NCBI GenBank assembly: GCA_001661245.1
Contig: KV454012.1
Coordinates: forward strand, 2,034,418 to 2,098,417
Reading direction: 5' to 3'
Source: Pachysolen tannophilus NRRL Y-2460
Lineage: Eukaryota
DNA: 64,000 nucleotides
The position numbers were made by a program, and so were the translations under genes. Below, in pieces: positions 62,119-64,000 of this stretch (the first letter of the stretch is position 1; each line of letters begins with the position of its first letter). The notes beneath the pieces were generated by a model. That model was not told where the DNA came from and made no database searches. It saw nothing but the letters and a program-made list of their open reading frames with translations.

Positions 62119-64000
62119 TCAATTTTCAGCAGAACTATCTTCTTCTTTTGCCTTTTCAATTGCCAGTAAAAATTCATCTCCATCAGAGGGAGTTTTAACT
62201 TGAACAACATAAGTTTCTAAACTTTTGTCTTCATTTATAACTGGTACTTTGATCATATTTCCTTTTCCTAATTTCTCATACTTGAAGTTTTTCAATACAG
62301 ATGTATTCAATAATATTCTGAAAGATCCATCAGATCTGATCAAAAATCTAGATTTCTTTGTTACTTTATCTTGTAAAAGTTTTAATTCACCAAGACCTTT
62401 AGCTTGGTAAGGGTTGGTGGTATCTTGGGGCTGAAATAATAATAACTTCGAACGCTTCGTGTATAAAGGAACTTCATTTTCTTCACCCGTTGTCTTGTCT
62501 GTGATTTCTTTAGTTAACTCAATGACAGGTTTGAAGTCCCCCTTAACTTCATGTTCTTCAACTTTGTTGTTGCCGGCATCATTATCTTCGATCTTTCCGC
62601 TATCAGCAGGGACACTGTTAGTTGATGTTGAAGGAGTGAAAGTAAAGTTAAATTTGCCAGTAGATGATTCAGTAGTATTACTTCCAAATGAAAACGGATT
62701 CGATGATTTTGCTGAAAACTGATTATTTGAACTGAAATTAAAGTTCTGTTTATCATCAATTGCTGGTTTTGAAAAAGAATTGAAACCAAAAGTTCCAGTA
62801 CTAGTAGAATCAGTGGATTCTTGATTTGTTGCAGACGGTTTACCAAAATTGAAGCTCGAACCAAATCCTGAATTAGGCTTTTCATTGATAGAAACATCAT
62901 TTTTCTTGGCATCATCAACCGAAGAATTAACATCATGATTAGCAGGCTTCTCTGAATTGAATACTGACTTTGTTGATGGCTGCGACGGTATCGTAGGAGC
63001 AGTAGAAATGTTCTGAGAAGATCCAAAATTGAAAGTAGATCTTGGTTCTGTTCCAGTTGTCTCGATTTCCTTAGGTTTGAATGTAGTCGACCCAAATGAA
63101 AAAGCTGAACCAGTTGCACCAAACAAGGATTTAGTAACATCTTTTTTCTCTTCTTTACCAGTTGCTGCTTCCAGATCCTGTTTGTCATTCTTATTATCGA
63201 TGGAATAAGAAGGAACTGAATCTTGTTTTTTGCCAAAGTTAAAACCAGAATTTGATGGAAATGTAAATTTAGGTGATTCTTTTTGCAGTGACTTTTCAGA
63301 TTTTTCTAGCATTTTTTCTTGTCCTTGTGAAAAGTTGAATGAAGGCAGTGATTTCTGTTCTTGGATCTTACTACCTGTTTCTGTTTCCGCTTCCGTTTCT
63401 GTTTTATCCAATTTAAATTTTCCAAAGAAATTTTTGTTATCACCAACATTAGTCTTGAATGTAGGACCTTGAATTTTTTCATTGTTTTTCAAATCAGACG
63501 ATTCAATTTCATCATTAGGTTTTGCCTTATCAAATTTGAAAACTGAATTTTCATTTGTAGTCAACTTTCCAAACATAAATTTTGGACCAGTAGATTCAGG
63601 TTCATTTTCTTCTGAATTTTCTTTTTCTTCAGATTCAATATCCATTGAATCATTTTCCTTTTTAGACTTGTTGTTTTGTAAATTAATTTTTTCATTTGTA
63701 TTTATATTATTTTCAACAATTCCAAAATTTTTATTTTTCATTGGTGAAAGCTTAATTTCATCTTTTTCAATTTTTTCAAAAAATTCATTATATTTTTGCA
63801 AAATTGGTCTAAAATCACTTGTGTTATTAGCATTTTGAATAGCTTGAATAAATTTAAGATTCAATGCCTTGATTTTATTTCCCTTATCATGACCATTACT
63901 TTCATTACCTGTTGAAGATTCGTTATCATTTGTTATTGGAGAGTTTAAAACCAATGGACTTTGATTTTTTGGTGTGAATGAAAAAGAATTTTGTTGAGGT
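62119..64000 (-). CDS. NUP2: Nucleoporin Nup2 (FxFG repeats + Ran-binding domain), 5' end outside window
   Basis: Many FNFG/FSFG repeats and a C-terminal RanBD (TGEENE..LYTKRSKL..KGLGELKLL..RSDG). Frame stays open to the window edge. Confidence 0.9.
   Translation of the reverse strand, partial: PQQNSFSFTPKNQSPLVLNSPITNDNESSTGNESNGHDKGNKIKALNLKFIQAIQNANNTSDFRPILQKYNEFFEKIEKDEIKLSPMKNKNFGIVENNINTNEKINLQNNKSKKENDSMDIESEEKENSEENEPESTGPKFMFGKLTTNENSVFKFDKAKPNDEIESSDLKNNEKIQGPTFKTNVGDNKNFFGKFKLDKTETEAETETGSKIQEQKSLPSFNFSQGQEKMLEKSEKSLQKESPKFTFPSNSGFNFGKKQDSVPSYSIDNKNDKQDLEAATGKEEKKDVTKSLFGATGSAFSFGSTTFKPKEIETTGTEPRSTFNFGSSQNISTAPTIPSQPSTKSVFNSEKPANHDVNSSVDDAKKNDVSINEKPNSGFGSSFNFGKPSATNQESTDSTSTGTFGFNSFSKPAIDDKQNFNFSSNNQFSAKSSNPFSFGSNTTESSTGKFNFTFTPSTSTNSVPADSGKIEDNDAGNNKVEEHEVKGDFKPVIELTKEITDKTTGEENEVPLYTKRSKLLLFQPQDTTNPYQAKGLGELKLLQDKVTKKSRFLIRSDGSFRILLNTSVLKNFKYEKLGKGNMIKVPVINEDKSLETYVVQVKTPSDGDEFLLAIEKAKEEDSSAEN

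Noticed and set aside
62514..63236. 240-aa same-strand alternate-frame ORF inside NUP2
   Set aside because: Starts at TTG, has no recognisable motifs, and is explainable as a shadow of the low-complexity FG-repeat codons.
1..64000. Transposons, LTRs, CRISPR arrays, rRNA
   Set aside because: No gag/pol/transposase ORFs, LTR pairs, repeat-spacer arrays or rRNA sequence were recognised.

Overview
AT-rich budding-yeast (Saccharomycotina) scaffold with about 30 protein-coding genes, one tRNA-Asn(GUU) gene and two N-gaps. No transposons or CRISPR arrays were seen. CTG codons fall at conserved Ala positions (Msp1 'ILG-CTG-TNRP' and 'FSL-CTG-NKLQP'; Tom22 'TSS-CTG-LLLGVP'). This indicates the CUG=Ala genetic code of the Pachysolen/Nakazawaea/Peterozyma clade (best guess Pachysolen tannophilus), so the supplied ORF translations are probably wrong at every CTG. 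Five spliced genes were rebuilt that the ORF track misses or truncates: KGD4, EPT1/CPT1, NRK1, MRP35 and FYV6. Much of the window is an old synteny block matching S. cerevisiae YHR118-124 and YNL122-133. The most intriguing candidate novelty is at REX2: an upstream AUG encodes a mitochondrial-presequence-like peptide that joins the REX2 frame only by a -1 shift at an A8/A-AAT-TTT slippery site. This could be recoding-based dual targeting or a homopolymer assembly error. Other leads: a TTGGGTCA-N5-TGACCCAA palindrome in two divergent promoters, a recurrent RGTCGTG promoter motif, iron (ATCWGATAA) and copper (CuRE) sites, a tRNA with tandem U-U pairs in the acceptor stem, and a GC-rich structured element that may be an ncRNA. 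Gene names come from recognition of motifs from memory; no database searches were run.
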